From Pyrinomonadaceae bacterium (GTDB taxonomy: Bacteria > Acidobacteriota > Blastocatellia > Pyrinomonadales > Pyrinomonadaceae), in NCBI GenBank assembly GCA_046313635.1, contig JBKBYA010000002.1, positions 192,001 through 256,000 of the forward strand: 64,000 nucleotides of DNA, in the 5' to 3' direction. Under the pieces are notes generated by a model. The model was given only the letters and a program-made list of their open reading frames with translations. It searched no databases and had not been told where the DNA came from. Below, in pieces: positions 7,558 to 20,367 of this stretch (its first letter is position 1; each line of letters opens with the position of its first letter). The position numbers were made by a program, and so were the translations under genes.

Positions 7558-10533
7558 ATGCCCATCACTCGTGTGAATAAAATTAGGATCGTTTTGGCGC
7601 TGTTCGTATTTGCGCTGCTGTCGTCGGCTGCGGCGGTCGGCGTCAGCGGGCAGTCACAGGCCTTGAACGGTCAGATCGAAGGGATCGTCACCGACATCAA
7701 CGGAGCCGCGGTTGCCGGGGCGAGCGTGACGGCCAGAAACGTCGGCACCGGCACCGAGCGAAATACGACGTCGGATGAAAGCGGGCTCTATCGCTTTCCG
7801 CTGCTTCCGCTAGGCTCGTACCGCATCACGGTCGAAGCTCCGAACTTCAAAAAGCTCATCCGAGAGGGCATAACGCTCACCGCCGGTCAGAATGCGACCG
7901 TCGACCTGTCGGTCGAGGCCGGCGACGTCTCTGCGGTGGTGACCGTCAACTCGGACGCCCCGATCGCCGATCCCGGAAAGATCGATATCGGACGGGTGAT
8001 GAATACACGAGAGGTCCAGAATCTCCCGCTCGTTTCGCGCAATCCATACAATTTCGCTCTGCTGCAGGCGAACGTGACGGGCCGTCCGAACGTCGAGTTC
8101 GGCGTGCCCCGCATCAATGCCAACGGCTACACACGGCGCACCAATTACCAACTCGACGGCAACAATAACACGCAGGCAGATCGCGGCGGCATCCGCCTGA
8201 TGCCGATCTCGGAGACGTTCGTCGCCGAGGTGCAGCTTGTGACAAACGGCTTCGCGGCGGAGTTCGGCAATACGCCCGGCCTCATTATGAACGCCATAAC
8301 GCCGTCGGGCACTAACAGTCTCCGAGGGTCTGCGAGCTATCGCTTTAGACGAACGCCGTTCTCGTCCAGGCCCTTTAACACCCCGCCGACATCGCTCAAG
8401 CCCGAGACCAAGGTCGACAACGTGACGGCGGCCATCGGCGGACCGATCATCAAGAATCGCTGGCATTATTACGGCGGCTTCGAGTGGGTCAACCGCGATC
8501 TCGGCGGCGAGCCGCAGCGTCTGATCACGATCTCGGAGGCCAACAAGGCGGCATTGATCGCAGCAGGCGTGCCCGCGTCGGCCTTCCCGACGTCGATACC
8601 GACGGCGCAGAAGGTAAACTTTTACATCGTCCGGACCGACGCTCAGATCAACGACGCCAACCGTCTGACGAGCCGCTTCAACTACTTCAAAAATCTCTCG
8701 CCCGACAATATCGCCGGCGGTCTCAATACGCTTGAGCGCAGCGTCGACTTTGACGACAAGTCCTACTCGCTCGGTGTGCAGCTGGCGTCGATCCTCTCTC
8801 CGCAGGTGCTCAACGAGTTTCGCTACCAGTACGCACGCCGCGAGTCGCGCAACATCGCCAACGCCAATTCGGGTTCGGGCGTGAGCATCGTCATCACCGG
8901 CATCGCCAATTTCGGCGCACCCGAGAATGACGACACCATCGCTCCGCTGCAGATCAGCAACCAGATCCAGAACAATCTCACGTGGACCAATGGCGACCAC
9001 GTGATAAAGATCGGCGGCGGTCTCAATCGCATCGACGACACGCGGCGGTCGAACCAGTTTGCCCGCTACACCTTTTCTTCGATCGCAAACTACGTTTCGG
9101 CAAAGACGGGTGTGCTTCAGCCCGGGGCGTCATGCCCGAGCGGGCCGACGCGCTGCTACACGAATTACGTTGAGGCCTTTGGCGACCCCAATATCGAATA
9201 CCAGTCGGCGTTCTACAACCTCTTCGCGCAGGACGACTGGAAGGTCACGCGCAAGCTGAAGGTCAACTACGGCCTCCGCTACGACCTCTATGATATTCCG
9301 GATGCGAAGAGCTCGTCGCCCTTCCCGGCGTCGCAGAAATTCAAGGTCGACAAGAACAACTTTGCGCCTCGTCTCGGCGTGGTCTACGCCCTGCGCGACG
9401 GCGACCGGCCGACGGTCGCGCGCGCAAGTGCCGGTCTCTATTACGACACGGTCTTTCTGGATTACTACCAGCGTGCTATCCAGAATAACGGCTCGCCGGT
9501 ATTCTTCAATTTCACCTTTGCACCGTCGACCAGCGGGTCTCCGGCGTTTCCGAATATTCTCCAGTCGCTGCCGGCAGGTACGACGCTGCCGGTGCAGAGC
9601 ATCGAGACGATCTCGCCCGACTTCGAGAATATGTACGCGTTTCACACGAACGCGCAGATCGAGCAGGCCATCACCAGCGATCTTTCGCTGACGGTCGGCT
9701 TCATTCATTCGAGCGGCCGGCACATTCCGGTATACAGAAACATCAACCGCATCAACCCGACGGCTTTCCTGGCTGACGGACGGCCCATCTTCAGCAACAC
9801 GGTGAGCGCCGCGACGAGGCTCGATCCGCGATTCAACAACATTCTGATGGCCGAGTCGGTGGGCAATTCGCGCTACAACGCGTTCATCCTGCAGCTCAAC
9901 AAGCGATTTTCAAAAGGCTACCAGTTCAGCGCCAACTACACGCTTTCAAAGGCAAAGGACGACGCTCCTGAACAGAATCTCGTCGCGACCCAGGTCGGCA
10001 ATCTCGTCGTGCAGGACCCGACCAACCGGCGCCGCGATCTCGGCCCGTCGCTGGCCGACCAGCGACACACCTTCGTGATGAGCTTCGTGGGCCGGCCCGA
10101 GTTCAATTTCTCGAATAAGGCGGTCAGGTATCTCGTCAACAACAATCAGTTCGGGTTTATCGCGACGGCCAACAGCGGCGAGCGGTACAATATCGTCGCC
10201 GCGACCGACATCAATCTGGACGGCTTCTCGGGTTCGGACAATCCGGTCGGCGTGTCGCGAAACTCGGGGACGACCCCGCGGCAGTTCAATGTCGATTTTC
10301 GCTACTCGCGATTCTTCAACTTTAACGAGCGATTCAAGCTGGAGGTCTTTGGAGAGTTTTTGAATCTCTTCAATATCAACAGCATCTTTCAGATCAACAG
10401 TCTGACGGTGGCGACCGACGCTCTCGGCAATCCGACCGCACCTCTGCCGACCGTCGAGAATCGTCGTGCGACCAACCAGGTGACGTCGCTCGACAGCCGT
10501 CAGTTCCAGCTTGGCTTCAAGTTCAGCTTTTAG
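7558..10533 (+). CDS. TonB-dependent receptor, Oar-like, with N-terminal carboxypeptidase-regulatory-like domain
   Basis: Signal peptide; G.V.D..GAAVAGASVT..N..TG..R N-domain; FAQDDWKVTRKLKVNYGLRYD; DKNNFAPRLG; ends RQFQLGFKFSF with a terminal Phe; RBS AGGAG. Confidence 0.92.
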   Translation: MPITRVNKIRIVLALFVFALLSSAAAVGVSGQSQALNGQIEGIVTDINGAAVAGASVTARNVGTGTERNTTSDESGLYRFPLLPLGSYRITVEAPNFKKLIREGITLTAGQNATVDLSVEAGDVSAVVTVNSDAPIADPGKIDIGRVMNTREVQNLPLVSRNPYNFALLQANVTGRPNVEFGVPRINANGYTRRTNYQLDGNNNTQADRGGIRLMPISETFVAEVQLVTNGFAAEFGNTPGLIMNAITPSGTNSLRGSASYRFRRTPFSSRPFNTPPTSLKPETKVDNVTAAIGGPIIKNRWHYYGGFEWVNRDLGGEPQRLITISEANKAALIAAGVPASAFPTSIPTAQKVNFYIVRTDAQINDANRLTSRFNYFKNLSPDNIAGGLNTLERSVDFDDKSYSLGVQLASILSPQVLNEFRYQYARRESRNIANANSGSGVSIVITGIANFGAPENDDTIAPLQISNQIQNNLTWTNGDHVIKIGGGLNRIDDTRRSNQFARYTFSSIANYVSAKTGVLQPGASCPSGPTRCYTNYVEAFGDPNIEYQSAFYNLFAQDDWKVTRKLKVNYGLRYDLYDIPDAKSSSPFPASQKFKVDKNNFAPRLGVVYALRDGDRPTVARASAGLYYDTVFLDYYQRAIQNNGSPVFFNFTFAPSTSGSPAFPNILQSLPAGTTLPVQSIETISPDFENMYAFHTNAQIEQAITSDLSLTVGFIHSSGRHIPVYRNINRINPTAFLADGRPIFSNTVSAATRLDPRFNNILMAESVGNSRYNAFILQLNKRFSKGYQFSANYTLSKAKDDAPEQNLVATQVGNLVVQDPTNRRRDLGPSLADQRHTFVMSFVGRPEFNFSNKAVRYLVNNNQFGFIATANSGERYNIVAATDINLDGFSGSDNPVGVSRNSGTTPRQFNVDFRYSRFFNFNERFKLEVFGEFLNLFNINSIFQINSLTVATDALGNPTAPLPTVENRRATNQVTSLDSRQFQLGFKFSF

Positions 10534-10544
10534 CCGATAGCCCA

Positions 10545-10581
10545 CGCTTTGCGGCAGGTCGGCCCGATCTGCCGCAAAGCG
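10545..10581 (+). other. Strong intra-operonic stem-loop without U-tract
   Basis: CGCTTTGCGGCAGGTCG-gcc-CGATCTGCCGCAAAGCG, a 17-bp stem with one G-U pair. It may stabilise the receptor mRNA segment. Confidence 0.6.
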
Positions 10582-10591
10582 ATCTGCGATT

Positions 10592-10735
10592 ATGCGCGGC
10601 AAAGACGTCAAGATCGACGAGCAGGTGCACGAGCTTCCGGACGCGTGGTGGTATAAGGTCTACGCGGCGGTGATGATCGTGACCGCGCTCGTGATCGCCG
10701 CCCTTTGGGCTTTTTCCAGATACTTTTCCCGGTAG
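10592..10735 (+). CDS. 47-aa single-pass membrane protein, probable symporter accessory subunit (absent from ORF track)
   Basis: [47 protein letters not shown]: one clear TM helix, GC3-biased codons, stop 7 nt before the symporter ATG. Confidence 0.75.
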   Translation: MRGKDVKIDEQVHELPDAWWYKVYAAVMIVTALVIAALWAFSRYFSR

Positions 10736-10742
10736 GGGCCAG

Positions 10743-12409
<1,667 letters not shown>

Positions 12410-12413
<4 letters not shown>

Positions 12414-15073
12414 TGAACAAGCCTCTTCTGCATCGCATTGCCGCCTCACTCGTATTGTTCGCATCGCTGATGTCGCCGGCCGCAAGCCGGATGACGCGTG
12501 CCCAGGTGCGGCCCGTTTACGATATGGGCGCGCTCGGCCTCGGCCAGGTGCTCCAGCGTCTGCAGACGACGGCCAGCGCGATGCATACCGGAGCGCATCC
12601 GGACGACGAAGATTCGGGCCTGCTTGCATACCTCGCTCGCCGCGAGCACGCGAGGACGGTCTACCTCGCCCTTAACCGCGGCGAGGGCGGGCAGAACGTC
12701 ATCGGCTCAGATCTCTTTGAGAATCTCGGCGTCATCCGCACCGAAGAGCTCCTGCAGGCGAGGCGGCTCGACGGCGGGCAGCAGATGTTCACGAGCGTGA
12801 TGGACTACGGCTTTTCAAAGTCGCGCGCCGAGGCGGCCCGCATCTGGGGTGAGCAGGTCGTGCTGGCGGATATGGTCCGTGCGATACGCAGATTTCGCCC
12901 GATGGTCGTCATCGCGCGCTTTACCGGAACGCCAGCCGACGGTCATGGCCAGCACCAGCTCGCGGGCTACCTGACACCGCTCGCAGTCAAAGCGGCGGCC
13001 GACCCGGAACAGTTTCCGGAACAACTGTCCGAAGGACTTTGGCCCTGGAAGGTAAAAAAGCTCTACGTCTCGCAGAGCTTTGTTCAAAACGCCCAGAACG
13101 TGCCGACGCTTACGATGAATACCGGCGAATACAATTCGCTCATCGGCCGCTCGTACTACGAGATCGCCGCCGAGGGCCGCAGCCAGCACAAGACCCAGGA
13201 GATGGGAACGCTGGAGCTCCGCGGGCGAATGACTTCGGGCGTGCGTCTTCTGGCGTCGGACGTCCCGACACAGACGAGCGAGTCGAGCGTCTTTGACGGC
13301 ATCGACACGAGCATCACCGGCATCGCCGAAGCGGCGGACGACCGGTCGCCGGTGCTTGCCGAAAAGCTGGCCGCACTCAAGACGGTCGCCGCCCGAGCGC
13401 TTGCCGAATATCGCCCGCTCGCCCCGCAAAAGCTGGTGCCGACGCTGCTCGAGGGCTACAAGCTCGCGCAGCAGGCAGAGTGGTCGACCCGCAATCCCGA
13501 CTCCAAGCGGCTGCTCCGAGAGAAGCAGGCAGAGTTTGTCCGCGCGATACAGCTCGCGGCCGGCATAGTCGTCGACGCGCTGGCCGACACTGAGACGATC
13601 GTGCCCGGCGACGCAGCCGGCGTCGCGGTGAGAGTTTTTGCACCGGAAGGCGCCGCCTTCAACGTCAACGCGGTGTCGATCGAAGTGCCGAAAGATTGGA
13701 AGGTCGCCGCATCGGTCGAGCCCGCGCAGCAGGACAACACCTTTCGCCCGCGCCGCGAGACTGCCGCGAGCGCTTCGTACTTTACGGTGACGGCGCCGGC
13801 CGGCGCGGCGTACTCGCAGCCCTACTGGCTGCGCACGCCGCGAAACAAGAATTTCGGATTCGACTGGGACGCAGCCGATGCCGCGAAGAATATGCCGTTC
13901 CAGCCCGAGCTGCTGAGGGCCGCGGTCAAGATCGAGATCGACGGGCAGGAGTTCACGATCGACCGGGCCGTTCAGTACCGTTATGCCGACGACATCCGCG
14001 GCGAGCTGCGCCGCGACGTCAACGTCGTGCCGGCCGTCTCGGTCGCGCTCGATTCAAACCTCGTCGTATCGCCCGCGTCCGCCAAAGCGACCAGGCAGAG
14101 ACTCGTCGTCTCGGTAACCAACAATTCGCCGCGGCAGACCAAGGGCACGGTCAGTCTGGATCTGCCGTCGGGCTGGTCGAGCAGTCCGGCGTCTTCGGAT
14201 TTTGATCTCAAGTCGCGCGGCGAAAGGACGGCGGTCGCCTTTGACGTGACGATCCCTGCAAATGCCAAGGCCGGCGATTACAAGATCACCGCCCGAGCGG
14301 CCGTCAGCGGTCAAACCTACGACCGGACAATGCAGACGATCGCGTACCCGCACATTCAGACGCATCGCCGCTACGTGCCGGCCGAGGTCTCTGTAAAGGT
14401 GATGGACCTTAAGGTCGCGCCGGTTCGCGTCGGGTACATAATGGGCAGCGGCGACCGCGTGCCCGAGGCTATCAAACGGCTCGGTCTCGACGTCAAGATG
14501 CTCGAAGAGAAAGATCTCTCGACCGGCGATCTCGGCCAGTACGACACGATCGTCGTGGGCGTACGCGCGTCGCAGGTGCGGCCCGACTTTGTCGCCAACA
14601 ACGGTCGGCTGCTCGAGTTTGTCCGCAACGGCGGTACGCTGATCGTGCAGTACCAGCAGCCGGAGTATATCCAAAACAATATGCCGCCCTACCCGGCCCG
14701 GATGGACTCGGTCGTCAACGGCCAGCAGCGCATCTCGAACTTTCGCGTGACGGACGAGAACGCTCCGGTCAAGATACTCGTTCCCGAGCACCCGATCTTT
14801 AACTTCCCGAACAAGATCGTCGCGTCCGACTGGGACAACTGGGTGCAGGAACGCAACCTCTATAATTTTTCGGAGTTCGATCCGCGTTACACCGCGCTTC
14901 TCGAATCGCATGACGAGGGCGACCCTGAGAACCGCGGCGGGATGGTCTGGGCAAAGCTCGGCAAGGGGAATTACGTTTACTCGTCGTACTCGTGGTTTCG
15001 TCAGCTGCCCGTTGGCACCACCGGCGCCTACCGCATCTTTGCAAACATGCTGAGTTTGCCGAAGGCGAGGTGA
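12410..15073 (+). CDS. Exported PIG-L/LmbE-family deacetylase/amidase with NEW3-like Ig domains and a C-terminal GATase-like fold
   Basis: Signal peptide; AHPDDE metal motif, [36 protein letters not shown]3-type segment; overlaps the SSS stop (ATGA). Confidence 0.88.
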
Positions 15074-15076
15074 GAC

Positions 15077-15146
15077 GAATGTCGAATTTCAAACGATGAA
15101 TATCGAATGATTGATCTAGAAATTCGATATTCCATATTCAGTATTT
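15077..15146. repeat. Palindromic 7-mer microrepeat element
   Basis: GAATGTC GAATTTC AAACGAT GAATATC GAATGAT / TGATCTA / GAAATTC GATATTC CATATTC AGTATTT. The right arm is the reverse complement of the left, in strict period 7. Confidence 0.75.
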
Positions 15147-15152
15147 ATTACG

Positions 15153-16640
15153 ATGGACGAGAAGTTTCCGGCCCAGAGTTACAAGGACAACGTTTTAGCG
15201 GACTGCTTTGAGGACGCGAAAAAGTACTTTCTCGACGCATATCATCAGGTCGATCTCGCTCACGCGGTGATGCTCGCCGAGCAGGGCATTATCACCGGCG
15301 ACGAGCTCCGGCAGATACTCAGGGCCCTGATCACGCTCGACTTTGACGCGATACATCGACGGACCTACGACGGTACGTTCGAGGACGTTTTTTACCTGCT
15401 CCAGCAGGAGATCGCCAAGCGGTGCGACCCCGACACGGCCGGGAAACTCCACACCGCCCGCAGCCGCAACGATATCGACGTGACGATCTATCGACTGCGG
15501 CTGCGCAGAGACTCGCTCGCGCTTATTCGCTCGGCGATGGACCTGCGCAAGGTTTTTCTCGATCTCGCCGCCGAGCATCACGAGACGCTCATCCCGGCAT
15601 ACACGCACACGCAGCCCGCGCAGCCGTCGACGATGGCGCACTTTCTGCTGGCGATGGCCGAGAATCTCGACCGCGACATCAGGCGGCTGCAGGCGGCATT
15701 CGACAATCTCAACTTTTGTCCGCTCGGCTCGGGGGCGATAACGACGACCGGATTCCCGATCGATCGGCACCGCGTTGCCGAGCTGCTCGGCTTTGCGGGA
15801 CCGACCGTTAACTCTTACGGCTCGATCGCGTCGGTCGACTACTTTACGCACCTCCTGGGCGCGTCGGCGACGATGCTTGTGAACATCGGCAAGTTCGCGC
15901 AGGAGTTTTTGCTGATGGCGATGTCCGAGTTTAACGCGATCCGCCTGCCGGACGGTTTTGTCCAGGGCTCGTCGATCATGCCGCAAAAGCGAAATCCGGT
16001 CGCGCTCGAGCACATACGCGCCATCGGCAGCAAGGCCCTCGGGCAGACGCTTGGCGTTTTTACGGCGGTGCACAATACGCCTTTCGGCGACATCAACGAC
16101 GTCGAGGACGATCTGCAGCCGCTGATCTACAGCTCGCTCCGCGACGCCAACCGCGCGGTGTCGCTCTTTGTGGGCACGCTCAAGTCGGCGACCTTCAACT
16201 TTGATATCCTGCGCCGGCGGGCTAGCGAGAATTTCATCACCGTGACAGAGCTCGCCGACACGATCGTCCGGAGCGAGAATTTGCCCTTCCGCGTCGCTCA
16301 CAAGATCGTCGGTCTGTCGGTCAAGAATTCGATCGAGCAGGGAACAGAGATCACGCACGACATCCTGCAGGCGGCCGCCCGCGAGGTGCTCGGCCGCGAG
16401 CTCGCGATGACCGACGAGCAGCTCAAGGCCGCGCTGTCCGCCGACAACTTCGTCAATATCCGCAAGATCTACGGCGGCACGTCGCCGGTCGAGACGCGCC
16501 GCGCCATCGTCGTCCACCGCGAGCGTGAGTCCGAGGACGAGCGATGGATCGAGACCGCGATCGAGCGGATCGCGTCGGCGAGAGCTCGTCTGGATTCGAT
16601 CGTTAAGGGCGTCGTCGGCGAGAGTTCCGCGGCCCGATAG
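15153..16640 (+). CDS. argH: Argininosuccinate-lyase-family (fumarase/aspartase superfamily) lyase; divergent from canonical ArgH
   Basis: LHTARSRND, PAYTHTQPAQP and the GSSIMPQKRNP signature. It lacks the usual N-terminal WGGRF of biosynthetic ArgH, so its substrate is uncertain. Confidence 0.75.
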   Translation: MDEKFPAQSYKDNVLADCFEDAKKYFLDAYHQVDLAHAVMLAEQGIITGDELRQILRALITLDFDAIHRRTYDGTFEDVFYLLQQEIAKRCDPDTAGKLHTARSRNDIDVTIYRLRLRRDSLALIRSAMDLRKVFLDLAAEHHETLIPAYTHTQPAQPSTMAHFLLAMAENLDRDIRRLQAAFDNLNFCPLGSGAITTTGFPIDRHRVAELLGFAGPTVNSYGSIASVDYFTHLLGASATMLVNIGKFAQEFLLMAMSEFNAIRLPDGFVQGSSIMPQKRNPVALEHIRAIGSKALGQTLGVFTAVHNTPFGDINDVEDDLQPLIYSSLRDANRAVSLFVGTLKSATFNFDILRRRASENFITVTELADTIVRSENLPFRVAHKIVGLSVKNSIEQGTEITHDILQAAAREVLGRELAMTDEQLKAALSADNFVNIRKIYGGTSPVETRRAIVVHRERESEDERWIETAIERIASARARLDSIVKGVVGESSAAR

Positions 16641-16661
16641 CCGCGGCGGCGAGAATTTTTG

Positions 16662-16691
16662 TTGACATGCCTCAATTTCAAAAGTTATCTT
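16662..16691 (+). promoter_or_regulatory. sigma70 promoter of the aromatic amino acid operon
   Basis: TTGACA(16662-16667)-N18-TATCTT(16686-16691). Confidence 0.7.
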
Positions 16692-16721
16692 AACGTCTAC
16701 CGAATAAGATCGGTTTATACG

Positions 16722-16808
16722 ATGCGTTCGACCAGCTTCAACAGCTTCAGCTACTTTTACTTTTACTTTTTTGGTAAAGCGGCTGGAGCTTTGGTCCCAA
16801 ACGATTAG
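16722..16808 (+). CDS. Phe/Tyr-rich attenuator leader peptide (28 aa, absent from ORF track)
   Basis: MRSTSFNSFSYFYFYFFGKAAGALVPND*: 6 Phe and 3 Tyr clustered, located between the promoter and terminator upstream of Phe/Tyr biosynthesis genes. Confidence 0.88.
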   Translation: MRSTSFNSFSYFYFYFFGKAAGALVPND

Positions 16809-16832
16809 CGATCGAAAAACAGGAACCAGATC

Positions 16833-16869
16833 AAAAGCCGCGGCAGCCAGAGTGCTTCGCGGCTTTTTT
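16833..16869 (+). terminator. Attenuator terminator (3:4 hairpin)
   Basis: AAAAGCCGCGG-cagccagagtgct-TCGCGGCTTTTTT. Its 5' arm AGCCGC can alternatively pair with GCGGCT (16779-16784) in the leader. Confidence 0.85.
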
Positions 16870-16881
16870 GCTTTTCAAGAT

Positions 16882-17178
16882 ATGAAACTAGAAAGACACC
16901 GCAGCCGCATAGACGCGATCGACCGCGAGGTCGTCGCACTGCTCAACCGCCGGGCCGAGATCGTGCGGGAGATCGGCGCGATCAAGGCCAAGGCCGCGTT
17001 GCCGGTCGTCGATCGTGATCGCGAAACGCAAGTGCTCGAGAGCGTCACCTCGTCGAGCGAGGGCCCGCTCGACGCCGACGCCCTCGAGCGGATCTATCGC
17101 GCGGTCCTGATCGAGTGCCGCCAGATCCAGGCCAGCATCCGTGAGGAGCACATTGCCTCGGGAGCTCCGCAGTTATGA
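16882..17178 (+). CDS. Chorismate mutase (AroQ type II)
   Basis: RSRIDAIDREVVALLNRRAEIVREIGAIK...VVDRDRETQVL. The start is ATG16882, because the ORF-track start lies inside the attenuator. Confidence 0.88.
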   Translation: MKLERHRSRIDAIDREVVALLNRRAEIVREIGAIKAKAALPVVDRDRETQVLESVTSSSEGPLDADALERIYRAVLIECRQIQASIREEHIASGAPQL

Positions 17179-17741
17179 CGCGCGTCGCCATCCAGGGAAT
17201 TCGCGGCTCGTACAGCGAAGAGGCCGCCGTCGCGATGCTCGGGCGTCAAGTCGCGTTCGTCGAATGCGCAAGCTTTGACGAGGCGATCGCAGCGGTGCGG
17301 GACCGTCGTGCCGATGCCGCCGTGCTCCCGGTCGCCAACAAGATCACGGGCAGCGTCGAGCCCGCCGCTTCGCTGGTCGCGGCGAGCGGGGTGCCGGTCG
17401 TGCGGCGTGAACGCCTCGCGATCGAGCACGTGCTCATCGCGGCGGGCGAATGCGAGATCAGGGATCTGAAAGTCGTCGTCTCACACATTCAGGCCCTGCG
17501 GCAGTGCTCGGCATTTCTGGCCGCAAACCCGCATCTCCGGCCGGTCCCGGCAACCGACACCGCGACGGCGGTCCGTTCTGCCATCGAAGGCAGCGCCGTC
17601 GCCGCGATCGGCAGCGCTCGCGCCGCAGAGATCCACGGCGGGCAAGTGCTCGCTCGCAACATAGCCGACGACGCCGGCAATTGGACGGAATTCGTCCTTG
17701 TCGGCCATTCAAACGATCAGAGAGGAAACGAAAAATGTTAG
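17175..17741 (+). CDS. Prephenate dehydratase catalytic domain only (no ACT domain; atypical motifs)
   Basis: [35 protein letters not shown]...NWTEF (canonical NxTRF); 188 aa; ATGA overlap with the CM stop. Confidence 0.8.
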   Translation: MTRVAIQGIRGSYSEEAAVAMLGRQVAFVECASFDEAIAAVRDRRADAAVLPVANKITGSVEPAASLVAASGVPVVRRERLAIEHVLIAAGECEIRDLKVVVSHIQALRQCSAFLAANPHLRPVPATDTATAVRSAIEGSAVAAIGSARAAEIHGGQVLARNIADDAGNWTEFVLVGHSNDQRGNEKC

Positions 17742-18610
17742 ACGCAGGCAGCAGTGCAAACTCATCGAACAGCTCAGCGGCGCCGCATCGCCTCACGGCC
17801 CGCGGCACACAGTCAGACACGGTCGTTCGGGTCGGCGATGTTGTGATCGGCGGGGGATCGCCGGTCGTGATCGCCGGGCCTTGCTCGGTCGAATCGTGGG
17901 AGCAGGTCAGCGCGACCGCGCGTGCGGTGGCCGCGGCCGGTGCGGTGATGCTCCGCGGCGGAGCGTACAAGCCGCGAACGTCGCCGTATGACTTTCAAGG
18001 TCTGGGCGAAGAGGGATTGAAACTTCTGCGCCGCGCGGGCGACGAGACCGGGCTGCCGATCGTGACCGAGGTGATGAGCGAATACGACGTCGAGCTCGCC
18101 TGCGACTACGCCGATATGCTGCAGGTCGGCGCGCGGAATATGCAGAACTTTGCCCTGCTCAAACGTCTCGCAATGACAGACAAGCCCATCCTCCTCAAAC
18201 GCGGTGCTTCGGCGACGGTGAAAGAATGGCTGTCGGCGGCCGAGTACCTGCTGCACGGCGGCAACGAGAAGGTCGTTCTGTGCGAGCGCGGCATCAAGAC
18301 TTTTGACCACAGCCTGCGGAATACGCTCGACCTCGCCGCGGTCGCGCTCGTCAAAGAGATGACCCATCTGCCCGTCATCGTCGACCCGTCGCACGCGACC
18401 GGGAAGAGAAGTCTGATCGCGGCGACCGCAAAGGCGGCGATAGCCGTCGGCGCAGACGGCGTGATCGTCGAGGTGCATCCCGAACCGGAAAAGGCCTGGT
18501 CCGACGGCGAGCAGTCGCTGACATTCGCCGACTTCAAAAAAATGGTCGAGCACATTGCCCGACCATTACCCAAGATCTACGAGCGTGTCGAAGAAGCCGT
18601 CGCCGTCTAA
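17735..18610 (+). CDS. aroF: DAHP synthase, type I-beta, without regulatory domain
   Basis: [64 protein letters not shown] before ATG17735. Confidence 0.92.
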   Translation: MLDAGSSANSSNSSAAPHRLTARGTQSDTVVRVGDVVIGGGSPVVIAGPCSVESWEQVSATARAVAAAGAVMLRGGAYKPRTSPYDFQGLGEEGLKLLRRAGDETGLPIVTEVMSEYDVELACDYADMLQVGARNMQNFALLKRLAMTDKPILLKRGASATVKEWLSAAEYLLHGGNEKVVLCERGIKTFDHSLRNTLDLAAVALVKEMTHLPVIVDPSHATGKRSLIAATAKAAIAVGADGVIVEVHPEPEKAWSDGEQSLTFADFKKMVEHIARPLPKIYERVEEAVAV

Positions 18611-19116
18611 TCGATCACGACCAGCACGGCCCCCGCGTTGACAGTGTCGCCCTCGGCGGCGTTGACCGAGCGGACGGTGCCGTCCTTGGGCGACTTCATT
18701 TCGTTCTGCATCTTCATCGCCTCGACGACTATCACCGGCTGGCCGTGCTCGACGACGGCCCCCGGCTCGACGAGAACGCGGACGACCTTGCCGGGCATGG
18801 CTGTCTTTATCTCAGCCGTGCCTGCGTCAGCCCCGCTGCCGGCACCTTTTGTACGGAGACGCTTAGGGTCGGTCAATTCGATGATGTACTCATCGCCGCC
18901 GACCCGCACATGTCGGCGGCCGTCGGCGGCGGGCGAGACGACAGCGTTAAAGATGCGGCCGTCCGACGACCGAAAAGTGAATACGCCCGGCTCGGGCCGT
19001 GATACCTCGAGCTCGTATTCGCGACCGTCGATGCTGGCCGTGACACGGCCGTCACGCTCGTCGAGCTCGATATTATTCGGCTCGTCGCGCCCTTCGATCT
19101 TGCCTATGAGCTTCAT
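18607..19116 (-). CDS. Biotin carboxyl carrier protein (acyl-CoA carboxylase subunit)
   Basis: [26 protein letters not shown] biotinylation motif. Confidence 0.9.
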   Translation of the reverse strand: MKLIGKIEGRDEPNNIELDERDGRVTASIDGREYELEVSRPEPGVFTFRSSDGRIFNAVVSPAADGRRHVRVGGDEYIIELTDPKRLRTKGAGSGADAGTAEIKTAMPGKVVRVLVEPGAVVEHGQPVIVVEAMKMQNEMKSPKDGTVRSVNAAEGDTVNAGAVLVVID

Positions 19117-19120
19117 TTGA

Positions 19121-20242
<1,122 letters not shown>

Positions 20243-20283
20243 ATATTTAGAATTTAACAGACCCGAAATTGAGGCGCAAAAAA

Positions 20284-20317
20284 GGTCAGAACCACACCGC
20301 GTGAGCGGGTGCGTTCT
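20284..20317. repeat. REP-like hairpin element
   Basis: GGTCAGAACCACACCGC-GTGA-GCGGGTGCGTTCT: imperfect palindrome with a short tail; single copy in this window. Confidence 0.4.
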
Positions 20318-20367
20318 TAAGCCCTGATCAGAAATTGCCCGCCGAAAACGCGAAAGAACGCTAATAA

